Part shown: piece after piece, positions 24,588-35,489 of the stretch
How positions within the stretch are numbered: the stretch's first letter is position 1
Layout of the letters: every line of letters starts with the position of its first letter
Source of the DNA: Octopus sinensis
Taxonomy: Eukaryota
DNA length: 64,000 nt
NCBI RefSeq assembly: GCF_006345805.1
Contig: NC_043026.1
Location: 1,116,001-1,180,000 of the forward strand
Direction of reading: 5' to 3'
Translations under genes and position numbers: made by a program
Notes under the pieces: generated by a model
The model's database searches: none
What the model was told of the DNA's origin: nothing
The model's input: the letters and a program-made list of their open reading frames with translations, nothing else

Positions 24588-25792
24588 TAGGATCATCCTC
24601 TAAATATTGTGGTTTGTCAACTGCATGAACTAAAAGTTGGAGGGATTCGGGATAAAGTATCTGCATCAATGTCCTATAAAAGCTGGTAGTAATTTTACCT
24701 TGTCCTTATTCTTAGTACAAGTTTTGAAGAGTACAGTTCGATTTTAACAATTATCTTTTCAGAGCTCTAATGGAAGTGAGAAAAGAACATATTCAGCAAA
24801 GGCAACAACGCAAAGAAAAGTGCAAGCAATATTAATGCAGGATATAAGCATAAGCCAGTGTGAACGGTGGTTGTATAAGTTCCAAGCCAGACACTGCAGC
24901 CTAGAAGATAAGCCTTGTCCTGGAAGATCTGTAGAGCCCAATGAGGACATCCTGCAAACCCTGGAACAAAAGTCCATCATAACTGTTGAGGAACTAGCAG
25001 AAAAACTTGCATTTGGTCATTTAACCATTCATTGACACCTTTGTGCCATCGGAAAAGTTAGCAAATTGGATCAATGGGTTCCTCACAAACTTTCTGAGTC
25101 TAATTGTGTGCAGAGAGTGAATGTGTGCTCTTCTTAATTCACATCTCGTGAATTAACCTTTTTTTGGACTGAATAGTAAATGGTGAGGAGAAATGAGTTC
25201 TTTATAAAAATGTCAAGCAGCAAAGACAGTGGGTAGGGGAAGGAGAAACACTTGCACATCAGGCTAAAGAAGGCTTCACCCATGTAAGCTGTTATCTGTT
25301 TGGTGGGATACGAAAGGTTTAGTCCACTTTGAACTTTTAAACTTAAACCAAATGATAAAGGAGATCTACTGCAAGCAGCTTGAGTGACTTAAATCAGTGC
25401 TAGAAGAAAAATGACTATCTTTGGTTGCAAGATGAAAGGTGTTTGTCCATCAGGATAATGCTCGGCTACATACAGCAAGGATGATGTTCCAAAGGCTGGA
25501 GCAGTTTGAATGGGAAACAATGCCCCACCCACCATATTTGCTGGACATTGCCCCATCTGATTATCATTTATTCCGCAGTTTTCATAATCATTTAGATGAA
25601 AAAATATGAATTCTCTAGTTGAGGAGTATTTTTCATCATGGACAAGTGAATTTTGGGAGAGGAGCCTAACCAGATAGATGGAAGAACATTGTAGAAAATG
25701 AAGGAGAATATATTTTAAATTAAAAACAGAACTACATTTTGATTTTGAAAAATAAAAATATGAAAAACTGCATTATTTATGGGATGACCCAA
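24588..25792 (+). mobile_element. Mariner (DD34D) transposon, decayed
   Basis: TIR related to TTGGGTCATCCCATAAATAATG; remnant HQDNA..H and HPPYLLDIAPSDYHLF motifs; same family as 48418-49626. Confidence 0.85.
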
Positions 25793-26503
25793 TGCACACA
25801 CAATAGAAATCAATAAAAAATATAGAAGTGGATTCTGCTATCTGTACAATTAATTTCAAAAAGTAGGTTTCTTAAAGATAATGACCCATAAAGAAATTAA
25901 TTTAAAGATGATAGGTGATTTCATAACCACACAAACATATGTGTATAAAAAACGAAACCAAAATACTTGTAAAGAGACCAACACAAACCATTGAATATTT
26001 TCTACAAAATAGATTAAATCTACACGTCACCATCCGCCCCTTTCTCTCTCTGTTTCAAGTAGTATTCTAATTACAATAAAGTGTATCTCTGCCACCAATT
26101 AATTAAAAAAAAATAGAGTCAGACAGATAGATATACAGAAAGGTAGAAAGATAGAGACAAAATAAAAACCACTTATTGTGATTACTTTTGTAAGAAACCT
26201 TTCAATAGCAGTAACAGGCTGATAACATTAAGCAAATAAAGACTATGCAACCCATTAATTTTGATAAGAATAATTGGTTGATAACATCTGTATGTGTGCA
26301 TGTATTTATATGTATAGAATATTTTATCAGAATAAACAGTATTTCATCAATTTTTAACTTTCTACTTTCATTTATAAATATACTAGCAGCAATACATGTT
26401 GATTGGGCAATTACTTTTACTGTTTCTCAGGCAGCTTTATGGAATCCAGTTGACTGTGATGGCACTGAAAAGGCTGCAGATCAAGTGGAACATCACTTTT
26501 ATT

Positions 26504-26838
26504 AGAAAAGCATTGCATGTAGTGTGTTTGTTTGGTGTTCATTTTTTGACGGTCTTTTTTTAGTAGACATATTTTAATTAGGAATATCAGTAAGCAGGAG
26601 TGGAATGAAATTACAAAAGCTGTGTCAGTGCACAATTAGGGTTGCACCATTGTAGGATCTCTGTTGAAACAAATTAGGCAATAGCATAATAGGAGATATA
26701 GAGAAAGCATTGCATGTCGTGTGTTTGTTTGGTGTTTGTTTTTTGACGATCTTTTTTTCGTAGACATTTTTTTGATTAGGAATATCAGTAAGTAATAGTG
26801 CAATGAAATTATAAATGCTGTGTCCTGTCAATGTTAGT
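26504..26838. repeat. 1.7 copies of a 197-bp unit; 26517-26838 is duplicated at 50292-50601
   Basis: Direct comparison; identical ORF-track peptide (MCTDTAFVISFHSCLLIF...) at 26417-26635 and 50174-50410. Confidence 0.85.
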
Positions 26839-27830
26839 GCTGAAATTACAGGAATGGAAGGCAAGGCAACAGTAAGTACCGTAAAACCTCGAATATAGTC
26901 TGTCCTTGAGTAAAATACGCAGGGGATTTTTAGGGGGCTGTACCTCTGAAAAACCTAAACCATGTGTATAATACGCACCACTTCTCTAACTTGAGTTGTG
27001 CGTACTTAAGCCAGCAGCACCTAGTCGAACAAACACTTCCACGCATGCGTAATACAATAATGGTGATGTTCTTAACTGTTATATGGGAATGTAAATATGT
27101 ATAATGTATATAATTGATGTTCAGAGAATAAAAAATCTATTCAGGTTAAAGTGGTGGCAAAATAGGTGGTGGGAGAATGTTCTGCTTGAAATTTCTGAGT
27201 GTGAAATGTTGCTTATGCATGCGGGGGGAGCTTTCATCGCTAATATTTGCTATATTCACTTTTGATGCAATAATGTTTAATTTTTCAGTGATGCAAAGCT
27301 ATCATTTGTTGCCCAGTCCCCCTGTATTTGTTGGCCTTAGCAATAATGCTCCAATTTATCGGGGGGGGGGGGGGGGTGATCATGCTTCTCTCTTGAAATG
27401 TCCATACCATATTGGATAGGGATGTTGTGTGTTTTTGTTTTTGTCTCTGAACAAAGCCAAATGCTGTGTATATCTTTCTTTGAAGGTGTTCCCAGTCATT
27501 CCAATATGTTTTTGTTACTCTATTCAAGCCCGTGATGTTGGCCTTGTAGTTCTTTCTCCAGGCACCTGTTGTTTGTGTTTGATGTGTGAGCGTGTGTGTG
27601 TGTGTGTGTTTGGGAGGAGGATATCATTTCAGGGAAATTTGGTTGCAGTTTCTATCAGGTTTAGCTGCCAATTAAAAGTCTTCTTCATTAGATCATATAA
27701 ACTTATATACATACACAAGACTGTAGGAGTTGATTTGAAGTAGATTAGCTGTTTCTTCTACCCAGTCTCACTACCATGAAGAGGTCTTCCCCATTAGCTT
27801 ATGTATATATATATATATATATATATATGT

Positions 27831-29582
27831 AAGAGAAAAAAAATGGATATACAAACGGAAACGCATGATTTACGCTGTTATGTCTTTAATTAAATAGGTA
27901 ACAAAGAAGGAAGAAGCAGAGATGTGAGAGGCATTTACGATCGTTTCAATTTATTGGAGTAAGTAAATCTCTTCAGAATGCAAGTATAGATAGATGCATC
28001 GGTTAGGATGCGAACATAATTGATAAATATGTGATGGTAATGTAAATAAAAGTGGTAATTCTTACATTAAATTTTGCTCTTGCACTGGTAAATTCGCTGG
28101 GTAGAGGTTTGCTTGTGGTAGATTGGTTAGTTTCATTGGGTAATTAGGGTGGGGTGAGTATTATTTAGGTGCAGGTTACCTCGTTTAATTAAGCACATTT
28201 TTTCTAAAGTGCGTATCTTGTTGTATAGCTTTTGGCACCGGTAGTGTAAGTGAAGGGGGTAACTCTAGCAGGGTGAGAAGGGAGCTTACCAAATTTTGGA
28301 TGGTTTGAAGATGTGTTATGGCTCATAATTGTCTTATTGCTAGAATTTAGGAAGTTCTTAATGCTAGGCGGGGCCCTGTGTATTTGCAAAGTGTATTATT
28401 ATGGAATGTTTGGGGCAAGTGAGTTTGCAGGGTGGCTATTCGTGTGTTTCATGTGTTACCCTGTTAGTTAGACTTATATAGATGAGCATTCTAGTTAGGG
28501 ATTATGAAGGCATAGAGGGCTGCGTGAAGACAAGAGAGGCTTTTCTACCGGTATTTCAAAAATACATAAAGGCCCACGTGAAGACAAAGTTTGTTCTCAA
28601 ATTTTCTGTTGAGAAGTGTTTGCTTAGCCGTAAGTATAGCTAGGCGTTCTGATAGGCAGAGATTGCAGTGTCTATTTGCGGTGTTGTAAGAAGTTGTTTT
28701 TGTGAGTATACGCCAGTTCAAGCTAAAATCTATTTTTTTATCCTTAAGTTCCCAAATGTATGCACTAAAGCCTGCTGAGTTAGCCTTATTCCTATTTCTG
28801 AAGCTGGATAGATGCGTATTATATCTGAAAACCATATGGTTCTTAGTTGCACCTATGTATGATTTTGTCTGGTTGTTTGTGCGGATGTCACATTGGTAAA
28901 CTATGTTATTTGTCTTACATCTATTTGAGAAATGGCACTTTGTTCTATCCCTACAAGCGCATAAATAATTAGGTGTATCTACGTCCATGTTGTATTGAGG
29001 GCAATTATTATTCAGGTCTGTACCTAAGAAGGCAGGAGGTGTTGCGTTAGGGGGGGGGGGGCTTGGTCCTATTAGTTGGTTGGTTATTACTTTTATTGTT
29101 CACTATTTTTCTAGTTTCATAGAATTTGTCAAGTTTTTTTATTATTCATTGAGGCTATTAGTGTGGCTAAGTTATTAATCAGACTGTGACCTATTCTGAT
29201 TTTGTTCCTAAATAATTCTGTGTATTTATTATTAACGTTTAGGTGTTTGTCTATGATTTTCATTAATGAGCGAACTATATTTGATTTGAGGTGCATGGTG
29301 TGGGGAATTACGAGCCAGATATTATCGCTATTTTGTTTGTTTTTTGTGTTGTTTTCCCTAGTGTAGAAGCTTCCCTCCTTGTTTGTGATTTGTGTGAAGT
29401 TATGGATGTATGTACCTTGGTTAGATCTAGAGTTATGTTTCACTTTCATGTTACTTTTCTCTGCCCTATTGGTGTTATTATCGTAGGGTCCAAAGGCCTA
29501 GTTTTATTGCTATTATTAGGGTTCATATTAGTTGGTTGGGTGACTTTAGTTTTATTAATACCGCTGTATAGGTTTATACTAT
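27831..29582 (-). mobile_element. Penelope-like element (Neptune-type), 5'-truncated: thumb/linker + GIY-YIG endonuclease + 3' pLTR
   Basis: 28545-28988 encodes CACRDRTKC...NIVYQC...SYIGATKN..RYNTH..CNLCLSER; 29129-29449 encodes the IWLVIP..IDKH linker; a hammerhead lies downstream. Confidence 0.85.
27931..27981 (-). ncRNA. Type I hammerhead ribozyme motif, complete core, in the Penelope 3' region
   Basis: Minus: GCATT-CTGAAGA-GATTTA-(10 nt)-TAAATT-GAAA-CGATCG-TA-AATGC; perfect stem I, palindromic stem III ACGATCGT, GUA triplet, G.U at the first stem II pair. Confidence 0.85.
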
Positions 29583-30288
29583 TATATATATATGAGGGGG
29601 TGCTGAAAGTTCCTGGTTTTAAGGAGGACCTCTGCAATAAGTATGTAAATTTGAGAGGGGAATATGCTGAATAAAATCACTGCTGGCTATAATTTCTAGA
29701 GAAAATCTGTGGAGATAACCTTAACAAGTGATTTGATAGCACTGCTAACACAGTCAAATACAGACTTATAGAAATGTTTAATATACTTTGTATTATGGTT
29801 TCACAATGAAATACCATGTCCCTACAAGTAATTGATTCTTCTGTATTTTCCTTTACCCAAAGCCAGGAACTTTTCAGCACACTCTTGTATATATAAGGCA
29901 GTTTGAGAGAGATTTGATAGCTATTTTATGCAGTTTGAGAGAGGCTGTCTGTTTGATTCATATAATTCACCACTGACTGGTTAATGAGGGTGATGGGAAC
30001 AGGAGGTCTCAATGCTGTATCTTGCGGCTGCTGATTAAAGTTAAGACACAAATTAGTTTAGACTTAGCATGCTAGCCCACACTCCTCTCCTGTTTTATTT
30101 CACTTCTTCCTTTCTTTTCCTTTGCTTTATGTCACAACCTGTAACAAATATCTTCTAAATTTCCTTCAAATTATACCTTTGTGCATGTATATTTTTAGTT
30201 CCAAGATGTGAATGAGTTGTGTGTACATAGGTAGGTGCCTGTGTCTATATACCCCACTTATGTAACGATTGTGCAAGCTTCTTTGGTG

Positions 30289-30291
30289 GGT

Positions 30292-30361
<70 letters not shown>
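30289..30361. repeat. (GA)n microsatellite
   Basis: Direct reading. Confidence 0.95.
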
Positions 30362-30364
<3 letters not shown>

Positions 30365-30399
30365 TGCTTAAATGATTGTGTTCATTTCAAGAAATTCAA

Positions 30400-31300
30400 A
30401 TAGGCAATTTTTGAAATGTTTAAAAATTTCTCGCTCTCACTAATTGATCAGATTTAGACAATCCATGTCAGTTTACTATGCATAAAAACAGTGATTACAA
30501 GATTTTATGTACATCTGTTGTTATATAGGCTGATGTATCCAAGCAGTAGGTATGAAAGAAAATCTAATAAAAGCTCAAATTCTTCATTAATGCATCATGC
30601 CTCCATACCTTCACATTTGCCAGGATTTAACTTCCACATTTGATGACTTTTCTTCCAAAGAACAATATTGTGTTTGCATTGCTGTTGTTAGTGAGCTGTT
30701 CCATCATTATTCTTTATTTTCAAACAAGTGGATACGTTCTGGTTCTGGTGTGCCTTTCATTTGATTGTCAGGACAGTCCTTTCTTCTGAGTGCATTGTAA
30801 ATGGTTTGGGCAATGTCATGTCTCATGGGAAGGCAGTACCTCGTGAAGCTTTTTCTGCAGGTTGTTGATAGGTCATGACCATATATTCCATGGCCATAAA
30901 TTCAATTTAGACTTTTGACTCTTCTTTTTACAGATCTAAATTATTTGTTTCACAGCTGGATGTTGTAACTATTGTTGGTTCAAATGAGATATTGAACATT
31001 AATTACTGCTATATGCTGAGGAGTTTCAACAGTTGTTGATTTAGTATGTGCTGTCAAATTAGCTGTAAATTAGGCAAGTATTTTAAAGACTGCTGACGTA
31101 TTTGACACTTTATTATGACAATTTCTGACCGATATCCACTTGATTGATTTTTTTTTCTTCTTATTTTGATTGCAAATTTCAAGACACTTTTGGAACATAT
31201 TTCAAATTTTAGTTTTTGTAAAATGATTTCCACAAAAGTAAGGAGATTCCCAAATAGAGCTACCCTTTGGGGCATGTGGCACAACTGTACCCTATTCTAA
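30400..31300 (-). mobile_element. Old R4/Dong-like non-LTR C-terminal remnant
   Basis: Fragmentary minus-strand RYCLPMRHDIAQTIYNAL, resembling the post-CCHC RHD motif; many stops. Confidence 0.4.
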
Positions 31301-31619
31301 ACTTCTCATGGTGCTATTATCACTGTTGAGTATGCTTGCAATATACTCATTTCGCCGTTTGTTGCCTAAGTGACATTAAAAGGCAATCTGCCCCTGCTCG
31401 TTCCTTTATTTATCATTAATCCTGTTGGTGTCACTGTTGATGTGGAACTCACTTGTGGTGGTTAATCTGAATCTCCACAACTGCCCAGTCTAGTATTCCA
31501 AATGTTGGTACCAAATCCATAATTTCAGTTACTAAAATAATATATACATTCTATTTGTGGTATTGAGTATGCTTTCACCATTTGTAAACACATATTTAAA
31601 GTTCCATACATACATTAAT

Positions 31620-32120
31620 TTGTGGAAGAGGTAAGGCTCAAGAAACACCATCAATCAAGTTTGTGAAAGAGAAAAATCCAGTGAAGGCAGCAAAAGGTCA
31701 AATAGCCTATTCCATGGAGCCCAATCATGGGATATGAAAGTGGACCTGGGAGAAAAGCTGCAGTTTCCCCAGGTTGTTCATACAACACCAAGGCCAGATG
31801 TAGTTTTATGGTCTGAAAAAGCAAGGTAAATAATCTTCAACAAGCTTACATGGTAAGCTTTCGAATGGAAGTGTGCCAAGTGAGCCTTCTGCAGGATTGC
31901 AGGAAGAAAGGATAGCTGAGGTTGGCTCTAGGGGATTCTCAGTCCAGTCAGTATGAAGCATGCTTACAGCATGAGAGGAAAAGCGTGAAAGGTGGCTGTG
32001 AGCAGAATGGGAGAGGCAGCAGAAAGACTTCTTGCTGGTTATAAAGCAAGAGAGAGGATTTAAGCTGGAAATCAAGAGGGGGGTGTTGAGCAGTGATTTG
32101 GCCACTTTTGCTGACCCACC
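31620..32120 (+). mobile_element. HERO-like non-LTR restriction-like endonuclease remnant
   Basis: MKVDLGEKLQFPQVVHTTPRPDVVLWSEKA...EVGSRGF...MGEAAE matches RLE domains of HERO-type elements. Confidence 0.65.
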
Positions 32121-33128
32121 AAAAGGAGAATGTTATATTTTGGGCTTGAAACATCTGACGATTGTTGTATACTATCTGATGACATCAAGTCTTCCTGGCC
32201 AAAGCTGATTTCACTTTGGTGAGTGGAAAAGAAGTACCTTCTTCTAGGTGGTATCAGTAACATACATACGTACGTACGTACATATATACATACATACACA
32301 CATACATACATACATACATACATAAATAAATATGTGTATGTGTGAGTGTCTATATGTATGCATAAATGTATGTGTGTGTGTGTAGATTGTATATTTGTAT
32401 GTATAGGATTTATTTGCACACACACATGCAATATCAATGACTTTTCAATCACTGTTTAACTATATCAAGTAGTGGCTAATTTACACTTAGCATGCAGTGC
32501 CAGTAGATATTTGCTGCTGATGAAGCTGAAAAAAGTAGAAATGTGTTTTTAGCAATGTCACTGCTGCAACTGGACGATTTTTGTCTGTAACTGAGGTATT
32601 TCTGTGTTTTTTAACTCTGTACATCTATAAGAGATATTTTCTCAGGATGAATACAATATATTTGCTTTAAGTATGATTTACAGATTGCTATTTTGAACAT
32701 ACTGTTTTGATTGGTAATAGTATGTTACCTGCACAATCTTGTGGAACCCAAGTCTTATTCATAAATTCCTTCATATAAGGAGGCATGTGTGTGTGTATAC
32801 ATACATATTTGTGCAGATAACACACCACGGGATGAATAACTCTGAATAAAAACTAATTCAAGATAGAGAATGTTAATCCTGTCAGAGCCAATCACTCTTG
32901 TGTCAGTAGAAGGATAAAACCTTCTCATTCTGTAAAGTGTTAGAATACCATGTCATAAAATATAACAATTTGATGGAGATTTTGCTATTATTTCTATCAA
33001 GTCTAGCTGTCCAGTAGAGGTCTTCTTTATTGGTTCGTAGATACATAGGACATTAAAGTGTGATTCATGGGATTTGGTTGCTGTTTCTATCAGGTCTGGC
33101 TACCTTGAATCTCACTTGTTGGTGTGTG

Positions 33129-33159
<31 letters not shown>

Positions 33160-33242
33160 GAGTGTGATTTGAGAGAGATTTAGCTACTGTTATTTCTGCT
33201 AGCTTGAGTTACTATGTAGACATTTGCTTACTTTATATATCG

Positions 33243-33570
33243 GGGACCCCACTCAGTCATGAATGACCATAGGATTGCCCCTACAAAGTTACCCTCTGAG
33301 GCACAAGTCCAGGTAAGATTGTTTATGGAACACTAGCAGTCGCCCATGCATACCGGCCTCCCCTCTCCACGCCACTGATGTTATCCAAGGGAAGGGCAAA
33401 GGTCGATACAGCTTGGCACCAGTGACGTCGCAACTCATTTCTACAGCTGCATGAACTGAAGCAACGTGAAATAAAGTGTCTTGCTCAAGAACACAACACG
33501 CAGCCCAGTCCGAGAATCGAACTCACAACCTCACAATTTTAAGCCCAACTACTGAACCATGCGCCTTCAC
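33243..33570 (-). mobile_element. SINE family B
   Basis: Matches 8369-8700. Confidence 0.8.
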
Positions 33571-33582
33571 ACATATATATTA

Positions 33583-34460
33583 GAGGGTGGACCAAAATTA
33601 GTGCCCCAACTTGTGTTTTTGAAAAAAAATACATGAAGTGTAATGAAAGTGAAAAAAATGAACATGTACCCACATGAACCCACAAATTTTACAGGAAATA
33701 TGAAGAGAACATCAATTTGACAGGTCATTCAAAGTGATGGCCATTCGTTGCTATGCACAACTCATAATGCCTGGCAACATTGGCGAATGTATTTTGACAC
33801 ACTGGTTTGGTAAGGTGACTGAGACCTACAGTTGCTTGTTGTTCCAGTTGGTTCAAATTATGGATCGTTTCCTTGTAGACTTGATCTCTGAGCTATCCCA
33901 GAGAAAAAAAGTCACACAGTTAAATCCAGAGACCTTGCTGGATATTCACAAAAGCTGCCATGATGTCCAATTCAACGATTTCGTAGGTGTTCATCGAGGA
34001 AGTTTCTTACATGTTTGTCATAATGAAGAGGTGCTCCATCTTGCACAAAGATTTTGGAATGGCAGCATCGAAAATGCAGCCAGATGATGTTCTCACACAA
34101 CGCCAGGTAATGATCACCATTCATCATCACTCATTGAGTATGGAATGCACAAAGTCCTGAAGACGAGAAGAGTAGGTGAATTGACGTACTTTTCCCAAAC
34201 CACTTCAGTGTCATCTTCTGAATAAAAGAAGCAGTTATGGCAGTTGATGGGACCGGAAACATGGAAGGTCGCTTCATCAGAGATAATGAGTTGATCAGAA
34301 AATTTGGAATCTCTGACTTCTGCCAGTATTCTCTCACAAAATTCAACACATCAAATAATCAGTGACATATAGAAATAATTACAGCATGCATCAAGAAACT
34401 ACAGAACTAATAGTCATATAATTGGGACACATGAAGTTGGGGCACTAATTTTGGCCTACC

Positions 34461-34463
<3 letters not shown>
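33583..34463 (-). mobile_element. Tc1/mariner DD41D-like internally deleted transposon
   Basis: TIR (C/G)AGGGT(G/A)G(A/G)CCAAAATTAGTGCCCCAACTT at both ends; minus remnant ISDEATFH..VQDGAPLHY..YPARSLDLT..FFLW. Confidence 0.8.
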
Positions 34464-34498
<35 letters not shown>

Positions 34499-34502
34499 GT
34501 AT

Positions 34503-35033
34503 GTAAAGTATAAAAGCCATCTCAATATGGCTAACCACAAAGGGGGGGGGGGTTACTGTAGCTTTTTAGCCCCAGGAGATCATCGTCTCCAGCTGGCTTT
34601 AGACACACTTTCTGTGCCCTTAAGGTATTTGCAAAGGGAGGCCATCCCTTTCTTGTAAGCCTGAGTAATACGCACGGACCGGTTTCGAGATCATTGTCTC
34701 TTATCAACGGGCGGTAACCACCAGGTCACGATGAAAGACAAGGCCTGCTTTGCAAATATAAGAATTTTTCTAGTGACGCCTGCCACTGATTTCGAAAAAC
34801 TGACTGTAAGCATTATTAAATCTCTGAACGAGATGTAAACAGTAATCGCTCGACAATGTAAAGTATAAAAGCCATCTCAATATGGCTAACCACAAAGAGG
34901 GGGGGGTTACCGTATGGGGCTAAAAAGCTACAGTAACATCCCCCCTTTGTGGTTAGCCATATTGAGATGGCTTTTATACTTTACATTGTTGAGCGATTAC
35001 TGTTTACATCTCGTTTAGAGATTTAATAATGCC
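34503..35033 (-). mobile_element. Penelope pseudo-LTR/retrozyme-like unit: direct repeat (355-bp period) plus inverted arm
   Basis: 34503-34555 is repeated at 34858-34910; 34809-34910 is inverted at 34930-35033; degenerate hammerhead at 34672-34712. Confidence 0.7.
34672..34712 (-). ncRNA. Degenerate minimal type I hammerhead motif
   Basis: Minus: GCCCG-TTGATAA-GAGA-CAATGA-TCTC-GAAA-CCG-GTC-CGTGC; two transitions from CTGATGA; palindromic ACCGGT. Confidence 0.55.
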
Positions 35034-35169
35034 TATATATATATAGTATATAATATATGGAGCACAGCGAACAAGGGTCGGTCGGAATTGAGCAAGGGGA
35101 GAAGCGAGTAATTTACTTAAAGAAATTCTAAAAAAAACCCCAAAAAAACTGGAAGATCTATTTTCTATT

Positions 35170-35392
35170 ACCTCTTGCTAACCAACTACTGCTACTACTG
35201 CTGCTGCTGCAGCTACTACTACTACTGCCACTGCTGCTGCCATCACTACTACTGCTGCTATTGCTACCACTGTTGCTGCTGCTGCTCCTGCCACCGCTGC
35301 TGCCATTACTACTGCTGTTACCACTGCCTCTGCTACTGCTGATAGTGATATTGCTGCTGCTACTACAACAGCTGCTGCTGATGATGATGATG
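35170..35392. repeat. Degenerate (CTG/CTA)n trinucleotide tract
   Basis: Direct reading. Confidence 0.9.
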
Positions 35393-35489
35393 AATGTTAG
35401 TGGTTGAAAATAAACATAAAACAAACGTAGGAAAAAGAATGAAAAATCTAATAATAATTTAACATTACTTGAAAAGGAAGTGGGTAGCG

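Noticed and set aside
26877-27000. Possible pogo-like TIR (TACCGTAAAACCTCGAATATAG)
   Set aside because: No partner TIR or transposase remnant identified.
32511-32556. Hammerhead-like TTGCTG-CTGATGA..GAAATGTGT..TAGCAA
   Set aside because: Looks like a CpG-decayed relic; stem II is poor and spacing is off, so it is not called as a feature.
35158-35424. Ser-rich ORF
   Set aside because: Trinucleotide repeat translation with no splice or homology support.
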